Assembly (NCBI GenBank): GCA_046726415.1
Contig: JBKPAK010000009.1
Location: 1 to 56,443 of the forward strand
DNA length: 56,443 nucleotides
DNA from: Candidatus Methylomirabilota bacterium
GTDB lineage: Bacteria; Methylomirabilota; Methylomirabilia; Rokubacteriales; CSP1-6
Direction of reading: 5' to 3'
The notes beneath the pieces were generated by a model that saw nothing but the letters and a program-made list of their open reading frames with translations, did not search any database and was not told the origin of the DNA. A program made the translations under genes and the position numbers. Of the stretch, positions 31,608 to 41,595 are shown in pieces; the first letter of the stretch is position 1, and every line of letters begins with the position of its first letter.

Positions 31608-31971
31608 TCAGCGAGCCGGCGGCGAGCCGTAACGCTGCACGTGGTATTCGCGTCCCGCGAGGGCGTGTGAGGCCGCCGCATACTGCGCCGCCACGCCGCC
31701 CCAGAAGGTCTCCGACGACATGCCCATGATCAGGGCATTGGGGTGGCGGGTCATGACATCGCGGAGGGCGATCGCCAGGGACGCCCGGATCTGTCCGAGC
31801 ACCGCCCTGGAAGGCGGCGTCCGAGTCCATCGAGGGGCGCTCGATGTACATGCGCCCCATGTGGAACATGACGCCGTGGGGAGCCATCTGGTTATAGTTC
31901 GCCTCGACGACCGTGTTCGTGGACGGCACGATGACGCCGAACTTCACTCGGTATCCGACCGCATCAGGCAT
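31608..31971 (-). pseudogene. Chimeric remnant: Asp/Glu racemase (maleate isomerase/AMDase-like) N-terminus fused to an amidohydrolase 3' end
   Basis: 'GVIVPSTNTVVE...MGMSSETFWGG' with a frameshift near 31805; 31608-31665 matches 51598-51655 at 53/58 nt. Confidence 0.85.
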
Positions 31972-32002
31972 GAGCCGACCTCCCAGAGGCGCCTCGCTGC
32001 CG

Positions 32003-33310
32003 CTACCTGAACACCGTCTGCCCTTCGATCTCGGTCTCGAGCGCGGCCAGGGCGCGTTGCACGAGTCGCCGCCGGAATTCCTTCTCCTCGGTCCGCGACA
32101 GTGCGGGATCGCCCAGCGGGTGGGGGATGGCCTTGCCGGGAATGATCCGGTTCGGTCCGATGCTCTCGGCCAGCGGGACGATCGTCGAGATGAAGACCGT
32201 GGGAATCCCTCGCCGCTCGAACTCTTTCGCCATCGTTGCCCCGCAACGAGTGCACGTCCCTCAGGTGGCGGTGAAGATCACGCCTTCGACCGAGGACGCC
32301 ACCAGGTCGCGCGCCATCTCCTCGGCGAACCGCCGGGCGTTCGTGGTGCTGGCCCCGCTGCCCACGAACACCCAGTACTCGTGGTGCAGCCGACCGATGC
32401 TGCCGTCCGCCTCGAGCTCGCGGAGCACGTCGATCGGCAGGACCCGGTCCGGGTCTTCGTTGGCCGCGGTCGTATCGTAGCCGCCGTGGATGGACTGCCA
32501 CCCCTCGGGCATGAGGTCGTCGATGCCGGCCAGACTGTACTTCAGCCACTTGGTGGCGTACGACGACTCGAGGCGGTCGGGGTTGCCCTTGGGGACGATG
32601 CCTCCGGACGTCACCAGCGCGATGGTGGCCCGTCGCACGTCCTTGACGGGGGCCGGCGGCGGCACCCGGTCGTAGTCGGGCAGCGGCCATTCCGTCTCCC
32701 ACGGCTCGCCCCGCACGCTCTTGAGCAGCATGTCGACCGCGCGGGTCGCCGCCCGCTGGGTCGCCAGCTCGGTGAACCTGAGCCCGCGGGCGATGTACCC
32801 CTCGTCGCCCGGCGGCCCCACGGACTCCTTGCGCGCCAGCTTGAGGCCCAGCGCGGCCATCCGCTGCATCGTGGGCGCCATCGACACCGGGGTCGGCCCA
32901 CTGGCGACGATGTGGACCCGCTGCCGGCACAGCTCGACCCCGGGATTCTCGGGAGACATCCCGGTCACCGTCGCGATGCGGAGCTGGTCGGCCACGGTGG
33001 AACAGACCCGTCCGCAGGCGAGGCCGTAGCGGCCGGCGCTGAAGGCCGGCCCGGCCACGAGGAGATCCGGCGCGCGCGCTCGGATCAGATCGACGATGGT
33101 GGCGACGGCGGCGGCCTCGTGCTCGTTGAAGTAGTCGTCGCCGCAGTAGACCGTGGCGACGACCTCGGCCGCGTCCCCGAGCGACCGCTGCAACACCTGC
33201 CCGGATCCCACCCAGCCATCGCGGACCCGGGGCGGCTCGCCCGCCCGGTTCTCACCGCCGATGCCGGCGAAGAACTGGTTCACGTAGTGAATGACTCGCA
33301 CGGTCGTCAT
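32003..33310 (-). CDS. grdB: Glycine/sarcosine/betaine reductase selenoprotein B-like (435 aa, Sec at TGA 32261-32263)
   Basis: 'HYVNQFFAGIGGE', 'GPAFSAGRYG', 'VTSGGIVPKGNPD', 'HGGYD'; in-frame TGA gives TAT-U-GTCTRCGATMAKEFERRGIP, the GrdB UxxC motif; the ORF track splits it in two. Confidence 0.93.
32233..32249 (-). promoter_or_regulatory. Bacterial SECIS-like hairpin
   Basis: mRNA reads UGA-GGGACGUGCAC-UCGUUGC-GGG-GCAACGA: perfect 7-bp stem with a G-rich loop 18 nt after UGA. Confidence 0.75.
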
Positions 33311-33324
33311 CGTCCACGCCCCCC

Positions 33325-34617
33325 TCAGTATTGTCGCGCGGTCAGCCGTCCACCGCCGGCGCTGGTGCCGCATCCCAGGAGGTAGCGATACGGAACGCTC
33401 CGCCCCTCGGCCGGCGATCCGGCGAGGTCGAAGAACGACTCGCCCCCGATCACGCGCTCCACGCGGGGCAGCTCGACCGGCTGGGTGGACCGGCCCGTGC
33501 TGACGATCCGCTCCGCCTCCGGCACGAAGTAGACGAAGCCGGGATCGTCCGGCGTCCCGTAAGTCTCCGGCATCACCAGCACCGTCCGGATGCCGGCGCG
33601 CTCGCACTTCTGACAGATCAGCATGAACTCGACGGCGGGATGGCCTCCGCCCGCATAGCTCGCGCACGCCGCGTCGGCGCCCAGGAGCCGCGCGAGCTTC
33701 ACCGCGTACTCCGCCATGATCTCCTTGTCCGTGATGTCATCCGACGCCGCCGGATACACGACCACCCCGCGGAAGTCCAGGTCCTGGCCGTGGCGGTCGT
33801 ACAGCTCGCTGATGATGGCATGATTCTGGTTGTCGAACGTCGTGCAGCGCCCGGACGCATGGAGGTTGCTGCGCATGTTGACGATGGCGCCGTCGAGGAC
33901 CTCGCTCGGGTGGATCACCGTCGGCACGCGTCCCTGAAGCGGGTCGCCATACACGACCGTTCCGGAAAGTTGATAGAAGTAGACCATCTTCGGCAGTGCG
34001 TCCTGTACACGAGAGAGCTCGTAGATCCGCAGGCCATCGGGGGCGGCGGCGGCTCTGGCCAGATACGCCGCCGCCTTCAGCTCGGCCACCCGCACGCGGC
34101 GGTTGTACCGCTGGGCGAGCACAGATCCCACCATGATGTTCTCGATGACGGCGTCTGCGCGCGTGTCGTCCCGGTAGGTCGCGCTCGGCGTGAACGTCAG
34201 CACGAGATTGATGGTGGCGCCGAAGGGCGTGGCGTCGGCCCCGGGGCCCGTCATGTCGATGATCGCCTCTCGCCAGTACGTGGGCTCTCCGGCCACGGCC
34301 TCGCTCGTCGAGACGACGGCGACGCCCTCGAGGCGATGGGTGCGCCCTTCACCGACGGTCCGCGGCGGCCCCACCAGCACGGGGAACGTGCTTCCCGGTG
34401 CCGGCTTCCACCGCGGCTCCACGACGTCCATGACGTGGATGATGCGGGCCGACTCTCCGGGCCGCACGATGTCCAGGGACACGTCCGCGAACACCTCCTC
34501 GTCGAGGAGGACCCCCACAAGCTCGTCGCGATCGATCTCGAGCACGCCGTCCGCGACGCGTGTGTGGCGCGAGAACCGCGCGTCGCTGACGGTCGTCGTG
34601 GCCATCTCCAGACGCAT
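33325..34617 (-). CDS. grdE: Glycine/sarcosine/betaine reductase component B proprotein-like
   Basis: 'MRLEM...F...TRVADGVLEID', 'PGESARII.VMDVVEPR', 'VGEGRTHRL', 'IIDMTGPGA', 'HPSEVLDGAIV', 'IVSTG'. Confidence 0.88.
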   Translation of the reverse strand: MRLEMATTTVSDARFSRHTRVADGVLEIDRDELVGVLLDEEVFADVSLDIVRPGESARIIHVMDVVEPRWKPAPGSTFPVLVGPPRTVGEGRTHRLEGVAVVSTSEAVAGEPTYWREAIIDMTGPGADATPFGATINLVLTFTPSATYRDDTRADAVIENIMVGSVLAQRYNRRVRVAELKAAAYLARAAAAPDGLRIYELSRVQDALPKMVYFYQLSGTVVYGDPLQGRVPTVIHPSEVLDGAIVNMRSNLHASGRCTTFDNQNHAIISELYDRHGQDLDFRGVVVYPAASDDITDKEIMAEYAVKLARLLGADAACASYAGGGHPAVEFMLICQKCERAGIRTVLVMPETYGTPDDPGFVYFVPEAERIVSTGRSTQPVELPRVERVIGGESFFDLAGSPAEGRSVPYRYLLGCGTSAGGGRLTARQY

Positions 34618-34621
34618 CGGC

Positions 34622-35587
34622 CTATCCTCCTCCCCCGCGGCCCGCCACCACCCGATCCTTCATCCGCGGGTCCAGCACGTCCCGGAGCCCGTCACCGAGC
34701 TGATTCACGCCGAGGGCCACCACGGTCAGCGCCAGCCCTGGCAGGGCCACCAGCCAGGGCTGGGCCACCAGGTATCCACGGCTCTGCGAGAGCATGTTGC
34801 CCCAGCTCGGCATCGGCGGCTGGATCCCGAGCCCCACGAAGCTGAGCGTCGCCTCGGCGAGGATCCGCGAGGGCACCTGGAAGGTCGTGAAGACGATGAG
34901 AGGCGCCACGATGTTCGGGACCACGTGGCGAAGCATGATCCGCGCGGGTCCGGCGCCGAGCGCCCTGGCAGCCAGGACGTACTCGCCTTCCTTCACGCTC
35001 AAGGTCGACCCGCGCGCCGCCCGCGCGAACGTCATCCAGCTCGCCAAGCCGAGGGCCAGGATCACGTTGACCAGTCCGGCTCCCCAGAACGCCGTGATGA
35101 GGATGGCCACGAGGATGTACGGAAAGGAGTACTGCACGTCGGCCATGGCCATGAACACCGAATCGACATTGCCTCCCCGGTACCCCCCGAGGATGCCGAG
35201 GGTCGCGCCGATCAACCCGGCCACCACCACGCTGAAGAACCCCACCACCAGCGACACCCGCGCCCCGTAGATCAGTCGGCTCAACGTGTCGCGTCCGAAC
35301 TCGTCCGTTCCCAGGGGATGCGCGAACGTCCCTCCGCTCCACACGGGCGGCCGCAACCCGCGGCTCAGATCCTGGTCGTCGTAGTGGTATGCCGCCAGCA
35401 GGGGGGCCAGCGTTCCGACGACGATGAAGCCGAGGACGATCAGCGAACCAAAGACCATCTGCCGGCTTCTGCTCGCGATCCGCCGCACGCGCCGGAGCGC
35501 TCCGCCGAACACCGCGCGCCCTCGCCACGATGCTGCGAGCACGCGTGGGGCCGGCGCCGCGTACGGCCGAGGCTCGGAGGCGCTCAC
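34622..35587 (-). CDS. Opp/Dpp-type ABC permease (OppC-like)
   Basis: 'HPLGTDEFGRD.LSRLIYGARVSL', 'EYVLAARALGA', 'LGDGLRDVLDP'; GTG overlaps the oppB stop. Confidence 0.92.
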   Translation of the reverse strand: MSASEPRPYAAPAPRVLAASWRGRAVFGGALRRVRRIASRSRQMVFGSLIVLGFIVVGTLAPLLAAYHYDDQDLSRGLRPPVWSGGTFAHPLGTDEFGRDTLSRLIYGARVSLVVGFFSVVVAGLIGATLGILGGYRGGNVDSVFMAMADVQYSFPYILVAILITAFWGAGLVNVILALGLASWMTFARAARGSTLSVKEGEYVLAARALGAGPARIMLRHVVPNIVAPLIVFTTFQVPSRILAEATLSFVGLGIQPPMPSWGNMLSQSRGYLVAQPWLVALPGLALTVVALGVNQLGDGLRDVLDPRMKDRVVAGRGGGG

Positions 35588-36507
35588 GCGGCCCCGAGCC
35601 GGATCCGCGGATCGATGTAGACGTACAGGACGTCGACCACCAGGTTGATGACGACGAACACCGTCGAGAGCACGGCGACCCCTGCCAGCACCACCGGGTA
35701 ATCGCGTCGCAGGACCGCCTCGAGGAGGGTCGTCCCGAGCCCGGGCCAGGCGAACACCGCCTCGATCACGACGGCCCCGCCGAGTTGCCAGCCGAGGCTG
35801 ACCCCGGTCACCGTGACCAGAGGGATCAGCGTATTCCCGAGGGCATGGCGCGCCAGGACCGCCGCCGCTCCCAGCCCCTTGGCCCGCGCCGTCCTTATAT
35901 AATCCTGGCCCAGAGCCTCCAGCATCTCGGACCGCGTCAGCCGGGCGAGCAGCGCCAGCAGCCAGACGCTGAGGGCCACCGCGGGCAGGACCAGCGACGC
36001 TCCCCCGAATCGTCCCGACACCGGAAGCCACTGAAGGGTGACGCCGAACAACAGGATCAGCATGAGGGCAAGCCAGAAGCTCGCCACCGACTGTCCGAGC
36101 AACGCGACGCCCATGACCAGCTGATCCACGAACGTCCCTCGGCTGACCGCCGCGACGATTCCCAGCGGCACGCCGACGATGATCGCGATGAGCGTCGATG
36201 CCACCGCCAGCTCGACGCTCGCCGGGAGCCGCTCGAAGACCAGCCCGAGCGCGGGTCGATCCGAGAAGAACGATCGCCCGAAGTCGCCCTGGGCGGCCCG
36301 CCAGACGAAGGCGCCGAACTGGTACAGGAGCGGCCGGTCGAGTCCATAGGCCTGCCGGATCCTCGCCTTGTCCGCCTCGGTGGCGTCGGGAGGCACCAGC
36401 ATCTCGACCGGGTCGCCGGTGGCCAGCAGGCACACGAACACGACCAGCAGCACCGCGATCAGGGCCACGGCCGCCTGGGCGAGACGGCGTGCAATCAGGC
36501 TCCGCAC
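35584..36507 (-). CDS. Opp/Dpp-type ABC permease (OppB-like)
   Basis: 'GLDRPL', 'GDFGRS', 'QDYIRTARAKGL', 'FAWPGLG', 'IDPRIR'. Confidence 0.93.
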   Translation of the reverse strand: MRSLIARRLAQAAVALIAVLLVVFVCLLATGDPVEMLVPPDATEADKARIRQAYGLDRPLLYQFGAFVWRAAQGDFGRSFFSDRPALGLVFERLPASVELAVASTLIAIIVGVPLGIVAAVSRGTFVDQLVMGVALLGQSVASFWLALMLILLFGVTLQWLPVSGRFGGASLVLPAVALSVWLLALLARLTRSEMLEALGQDYIRTARAKGLGAAAVLARHALGNTLIPLVTVTGVSLGWQLGGAVVIEAVFAWPGLGTTLLEAVLRRDYPVVLAGVAVLSTVFVVINLVVDVLYVYIDPRIRLGAA

Positions 36508-36538
36508 GAGCCGGCTCCGACGTGCGCCCTCGCGACGA

Positions 36539-38161
36539 TTACTTCGGGACCGACGGCACCGTCGGGCTCTCGGGAGCCTTCCGGCCCGTGCGGTGCCAGT
36601 AGTCGTCGTAGGTGGGGAAGGCCGCGGGGTACGGTCGCCACGCCGTGTCCTTCTGAATGCCCCAGAGGGAGTCCACCGTGTTGACGAAGAGCCAGAACGC
36701 CTCGTCCCGCATCAGCTGGTTCAGGCGGCTGTAGGCGTGGGTCTTCTCGGCAAGGCTCACCGCCGCGGCCGCTTCGCTCATCAGGCCCCGGGCCGTGACC
36801 AGCTCCGGCGGGACAGGTCCCCACTTCGGCGTGAGCTTCGCGTCCGGATATGATGCGTTAAGGGTGAAGTGCAACATGATGGCCGGGTGCCAGTACATCG
36901 TCCAGATCAGCTCGATGACGTCGTACTCGCCCTCGTTCCGCTCAGCCAGAAGCCGGGCCCGCTCCACCGGCTGGACCGTCGCCTTGATCCCGACCTTGGC
37001 GAGCTGGTTGGCCACGGCCTGGGCCACTTCAATGTCCTTCATGAAGACACCCTGCGAGACGGTCCAGCGGAAGCTGAACCCGTTGGGATAGCCCGCCTCG
37101 ATCAGCAGCGCCTTCGCCTTCTCGGGGTCGTAGGCGTACGGGCGAACCTCGTCGCTCGCACCCAGCCATCCCGGCCAGAGCGGCGCCGACATCGGCGCGC
37201 CACGTCCACCCAGGATCGACCGGACGATCGCCGTCCGGTCGACGGCGTAGTTCATGGCCTGGCGCACCCGCTTGTCCCGCAGGGGCGGCGCCGTCTTGTA
37301 GAGATTGATGACGTGGGACAGCGCCGAGCCACCGGTCAGGCTCACGACCTCGAGCTTCGGGTTGCCCTGGATCATCGGGATGGCCTCGATCGGGATCGCC
37401 GCGGCGACCTGCGCCGTCCCCGCGGCAAGCTCGAAGACCCGGGTGGACGGTTCCGGGACGTGGCGGACAATCAGCTTCTCCGGGAACGCCTTGCCGCCGC
37501 GATAGCCGTCCCACGCTTCGAGCCGCACCGTGCCGTCCTTGGGCCAGTCCACCACCTTGTAGGGGCCGCTGCCGATCGGCTTCGCCTCGAACTGCTCGCG
37601 CGTCATCGAGTGCCGCGCCAGCGGCGGGACCAGCAGGTGCGAGGCCGCCGCGATGGCCGAGAGATCGGGCTTGGGCAGCAGCCATCGGACGGTGTGCTTG
37701 CCAGCGACCTCGATCTTGCCGAGCGCCTTCAGCACCACGCCGCGACGGCCGGGCTTCTCGGGAGAGACGAAGGCGTCGAAGGCAGCCTTCACGTGCTCGG
37801 CCGTGAGTTCTTCCCCGTTCTGGAACTTGACCCCGCGGCGCAGCTCGACCACGAACGTCTTCGGATCGGGGAAGCTCCACTTCTCCGCCAGCACCGGCAC
37901 CACGCCCCAGGCCCGCTCCTCGGCCACCAGCTCGATGCGCACCAGCGGCTCGACCACGTGGGGGATCAGGTAGTACTGCGAGTTGGTCCCGTGCTCGCTG
38001 AGCGGGTCGGCGCCGCCCGTCTTCTCCGACACGACGAGGGTCCACTGCGCCGGCCGCGCGGCGGCCGGGTCGTTCCACGCCGCGCCCAGCACGGCGGTGA
38101 ACGCGACGGCGAGGCGGAGCGCGGTCTTCCGGATCGCCGCACGACTGCTCGCGCCCTTCAT
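36539..38161 (-). CDS. Family 5 ABC substrate-binding protein
   Basis: 'VPVLAEKW...LRRGVKFQNGE.LTAE', 'PIGSGPYK', 'DKRVRQAMNYAVDR'; start approximate. Confidence 0.92.
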   Translation of the reverse strand: MKGASSRAAIRKTALRLAVAFTAVLGAAWNDPAAARPAQWTLVVSEKTGGADPLSEHGTNSQYYLIPHVVEPLVRIELVAEERAWGVVPVLAEKWSFPDPKTFVVELRRGVKFQNGEELTAEHVKAAFDAFVSPEKPGRRGVVLKALGKIEVAGKHTVRWLLPKPDLSAIAAASHLLVPPLARHSMTREQFEAKPIGSGPYKVVDWPKDGTVRLEAWDGYRGGKAFPEKLIVRHVPEPSTRVFELAAGTAQVAAAIPIEAIPMIQGNPKLEVVSLTGGSALSHVINLYKTAPPLRDKRVRQAMNYAVDRTAIVRSILGGRGAPMSAPLWPGWLGASDEVRPYAYDPEKAKALLIEAGYPNGFSFRWTVSQGVFMKDIEVAQAVANQLAKVGIKATVQPVERARLLAERNEGEYDVIELIWTMYWHPAIMLHFTLNASYPDAKLTPKWGPVPPELVTARGLMSEAAAAVSLAEKTHAYSRLNQLMRDEAFWLFVNTVDSLWGIQKDTAWRPYPAAFPTYDDYWHRTGRKAPESPTVPSVPK

Positions 38162-38475
38162 CTCACGCACCCCCGAGGTATCGATCCGATGGTACGCTGC
38201 GGCCCTGAGCTTACGCCCGTGGCCTATGAGCCCGCCAGTTCGTCGTGCACTCACCATCGTTCCCAAACGGCTGACCGCGCCACCCGTGTCGTTGCCGGCG
38301 GACGCTTTTCTCTACCCGACTTCGAGCGTCGCCAGGCCACTCGGCCTGATCGACAACCGTCCGCAGCGCTGATCGCACGGGCCCGCGCCACCCGAGGCGG
38401 GTGCTAGAATCGCGCGGCGTGGACGCGATCCCTGTTCTTCGGCGGCCCCGATGGGGTCCAGTCGAGGTGATCGAG

Positions 38476-38955
38476 ATGGCCATCGACCACGAGGCATTCA
38501 TGAGAGTCGCCATGGAGGAGGCCCGCCGAGGGGGAGCCGAGGGCAATCTCGCCGTGGGCTCGGTGGTCGTGCGCGACGGTCGGGTCATCGGACGGGGCAG
38601 GAATCTCGTGAACTCGACCGGCGATCCGACGGACCACGCCGAGACGGTCGCGCTGCGGGACGCCGCCCGCGCGCTGGGAGGGGTGGACCTCTCCGGCTGC
38701 CTGCTGTACACCACCATCGAGTCGTGCCCCATGTGCTGTGGCGCCGTGATGAAGAGCGGAATCGGCACGCTCGTACTGGGCGCTCGGTTTCGACCCGAGG
38801 AGTTCGCGACGCAGCGGTTCGGCGCCTACTCCGTCGAGAAGCTCATCGAGCTGGCAGGGTGGGGCGACCGACTCCAGGTCGTCACGGGCGTCCTGTCCCA
38901 GGACTGCTACGAGATCCGCCGCGAGTGGGAGTCCCGAAGCCGGCCGCGCCCGTGA
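38476..38955 (+). CDS. Nucleoside/nucleobase deaminase (cytidine deaminase fold)
   Basis: HAE motif and 'LYTTIESCPMC'. Confidence 0.92.
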   Translation: MAIDHEAFMRVAMEEARRGGAEGNLAVGSVVVRDGRVIGRGRNLVNSTGDPTDHAETVALRDAARALGGVDLSGCLLYTTIESCPMCCGAVMKSGIGTLVLGARFRPEEFATQRFGAYSVEKLIELAGWGDRLQVVTGVLSQDCYEIRREWESRSRPRP

Positions 38956-38965
38956 CCGCGGTGGG

Positions 38966-39940
38966 ATGAGATCGGCCCCGCTCCTGGAGGTCAGGGACCT
39001 CCGCACGCACTTCGTCACGCGGCGCGGGATCGGGCGAGCGGTGGATGGGGTGAGCTTCACCCTGGGTGCCGGCGAAACCCTGGGGCTGGTCGGCGAATCC
39101 GGGTGCGGCAAGAGCCTCACCTGCCTGTCGGTCTTGCGGCTCAACCCGCGGCCGGCCTCACGCATCGTGGGCGGGCAGGTGCTCTTCCGCGGGGCAGACC
39201 TGCTGCAGAAATCGGAGCGGGAGATGCGCCGCTACCGGGGCCGCCACATCGCGATGGTGCTGCAGGATCCCATGACCGCGCTCAACCCGGTCTTCACCAT
39301 CGGCAACCAGCTCTTCGAGTCGCTCACCCTCCACCAGCGGCTGCGCGGCCGCCGGTTGCGCGCGCGGGCGATCGAGGTCATGCGGCTCGTCCGCGTGCCC
39401 GCCCCGGAGTCCCGGCTCCGCAACTACCCGCACGAGTTCAGCGGGGGCATGCGCCAGCGCACGGTCGGCGCCATTGCGCTGGCGTGCCAGCCCGAGATCC
39501 TCATCGCCGATGAGCCGACCACGGCGCTCGACGCCACGATCCAGGCCGCGTACCTCGACCTCTTGCGCGACATCCAGCGGCAGAGCCGACTCGCCATCCT
39601 GTTCGTGACGCACGATCTCGGCGTCGTGGCCCAGATGTGCGACCGGGTGGCGGTGATGTACGCGGGCAGGATCGTGGAGATCGCCGACACCAGACGCCTC
39701 TTCGGGGCGCCGGCACATCCGTATACCGAGGCGCTCCTGCGCTCGGTGCCGGACGTCCAGGAAGATGTCGGCCGCCTCTACTCGATCGAGGGGCAGCCGC
39801 CGTCCATCTACGATCCGCGTCCCGGATGCCCCTTCGCGCCGCGCTGCCCGGTGGTCCAGGCGCGCTGCCGGGACGCGTTTCCCCCGGAACGGGCCCTGGC
39901 GCCGACACACGCGGTGAGCTGCTGGCGCCACCTCCCGTGA
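38966..39940 (+). CDS. Opp-type ABC ATPase (OppD-like)
   Basis: GESGCGKS, FSGGMRQR, DEPTTALD, HPYT, C-terminal GCPFAPRC. Confidence 0.94.
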   Translation: MRSAPLLEVRDLRTHFVTRRGIGRAVDGVSFTLGAGETLGLVGESGCGKSLTCLSVLRLNPRPASRIVGGQVLFRGADLLQKSEREMRRYRGRHIAMVLQDPMTALNPVFTIGNQLFESLTLHQRLRGRRLRARAIEVMRLVRVPAPESRLRNYPHEFSGGMRQRTVGAIALACQPEILIADEPTTALDATIQAAYLDLLRDIQRQSRLAILFVTHDLGVVAQMCDRVAVMYAGRIVEIADTRRLFGAPAHPYTEALLRSVPDVQEDVGRLYSIEGQPPSIYDPRPGCPFAPRCPVVQARCRDAFPPERALAPTHAVSCWRHLP

Positions 39941-40953
39941 GCAGCGGACCGCCCCCTGTCCTGAGCGGCGGGCCTGCCGTGGGAGCGTCGGACGTGCTCG
40001 TCGAGGCGCGCGACCTCACCAAGCACTTCGCGCTGCGCCGGCGCCTCTGGCTCGGTCGCGGGAGGGCGGTGGTCCGCGCCGTCGACGGCGTGTCATTCGC
40101 GATCCGCGCCGGGGAGACCTTCAGCCTGGTGGGCGAGTCGGGGTGCGGCAAGACCACCACCGCGCGGCTCATCCTGCTTCTCGAGCAGCCCACCGCCGGC
40201 GGAGTCCACTTCCGCGGGCAGGATGTGACGCGGCTCGAGGGGGCGGCGCTCGGCGAGTATCGGGCGGCGGTCCAGGCGGTGCTGCAGGACCCGTGGAGCT
40301 CGCTCAATCCGCGCATGCGAGCCAGCGACATCATCGCCGAGCCGCTCGTACTGAATACGCGTCTCACGCGGCAGGAACGGTCGGAGCGGGTGGCGGCGCT
40401 GCTCGGGGCGGTCGGCCTCGACCCCGCCGTGGCCACCGACTTCCCGCACGAGTTCAGCGGCGGCCAGCGTCAGCGCATCGCGGTGGCGCGCGCGCTGGCC
40501 CTGAGCCCGCGCGTCATCGTCCTCGACGAGCCGGTCTCGGCCCTGGATGTCTCCATCCGCGCCCAGATCATGAACCTCCTGAAGGATCTCCAGCGCGAGC
40601 ACGCGATGAGCTATCTCCTCATCGCCCACAACCTGGCCACGCTCCGGTTCCTGAGCCACCGCGTGGCGGTCATGTACTTGGGGCAGATCGTCGAGGAAGC
40701 GAGCTCCGCGGAGCTGTTCCAGAGACCGCAGCATCCCTACACGCGGGCGCTCATCTCGGCGGCGCTGCCCGCGCGCCCGGATGCGGTGCACGAGCGCATC
40801 GTGCTGCCCGGTGAGGTGCCGTCGCCCACGGCCCCGCCGTCGGGCTGCCGATTCCATCCGCGCTGTCCGGTGGCCTTCGACCGCTGCCCAGTGGAAGCCC
40901 CCGTGCTGCGCGAAGTAAGCCCCGGCCACCGCGCAGCCTGCCACCTGGCGTGA
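39937..40953 (+). CDS. Opp-type ABC ATPase (OppF-like)
   Basis: GESGCGKT, FSGGQRQR, DEPVSALDVS, GCRFHPRC. Confidence 0.94.
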   Translation: MSSGPPPVLSGGPAVGASDVLVEARDLTKHFALRRRLWLGRGRAVVRAVDGVSFAIRAGETFSLVGESGCGKTTTARLILLLEQPTAGGVHFRGQDVTRLEGAALGEYRAAVQAVLQDPWSSLNPRMRASDIIAEPLVLNTRLTRQERSERVAALLGAVGLDPAVATDFPHEFSGGQRQRIAVARALALSPRVIVLDEPVSALDVSIRAQIMNLLKDLQREHAMSYLLIAHNLATLRFLSHRVAVMYLGQIVEEASSAELFQRPQHPYTRALISAALPARPDAVHERIVLPGEVPSPTAPPSGCRFHPRCPVAFDRCPVEAPVLREVSPGHRAACHLA

Positions 40954-41532
40954 TCGATCAATGAGAAAGCACCCCGTCGTGTAGGAACGGGTCGGAGAAT
41001 CGCGGAGCGCCACGGCTTCGCGGAGCGTGTCCCAGCGTGGGGATGGGGAAAGCTTGAAGCGGGCTCTGATTCGGCACCACGACGGCGGCGTGCCCCTGCT
41101 CGGTGCCGAAACCGCGATCTCTACGAGGTCCGGGGCGCCGGGGGATTCGCAGCCGAGCCGTGCCTTGGCGTCAGCGTCGGCGAATCATTCTCCCGCCTGA
41201 TGGATACAGGCCCGTTCAAGCCCTGATGCAGCAGCACACTGCCCACCTCGCTGGACAACCGCGCTAACAGCAGTCGTCCGGAGACGAGCATTTCGCGAAA
41301 TTGCTGCAATCCCGGTCTGGCCCTCGCGTTGCGTGCCGGATGAGTACAATGGCTCTTCGCCACCGCCCTGATCGTTGCGCTATATCGTCCCGACGCCGAT
41401 CGCGGGCGCCTCCCGATGGCGTGGCCTGTCGCACCGCTCCGACGCACTACCGCGCCTTCGTCGCCACGCCAGCGGAGGCACGGCGGAAGTTGGCTCATTG
41501 GCTCCGGGGTACCCGACTTGAGTGGCGCGCCC

Positions 41533-41561
41533 TTGTCCGCTCAGGCGGGGCGAGTTATGGT
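41533..41561 (+). promoter_or_regulatory. Putative sigma70 promoter of intI
   Basis: TTGTCC-N17-TATGGT upstream of RBS AAGGGGG and ATG 41596. Confidence 0.5.
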
Positions 41562-41595
41562 AGGGCGCCACGCGAAACCCCAAGGGGGCACGCCT

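Noticed and set aside
32003-32233. Separate 76-aa gene, or a grdB nonsense pseudogene
   Set aside because: The TGA sits at the Sec position of the UxxC motif and is followed by a SECIS-like stem
41262-41334. attC-like CGCTAAC...GTTGCGT upstream of intI, with internal palindrome TTTCGCGAAA
   Set aside because: No convincing L-box pairing; at most a degenerate site or an operator
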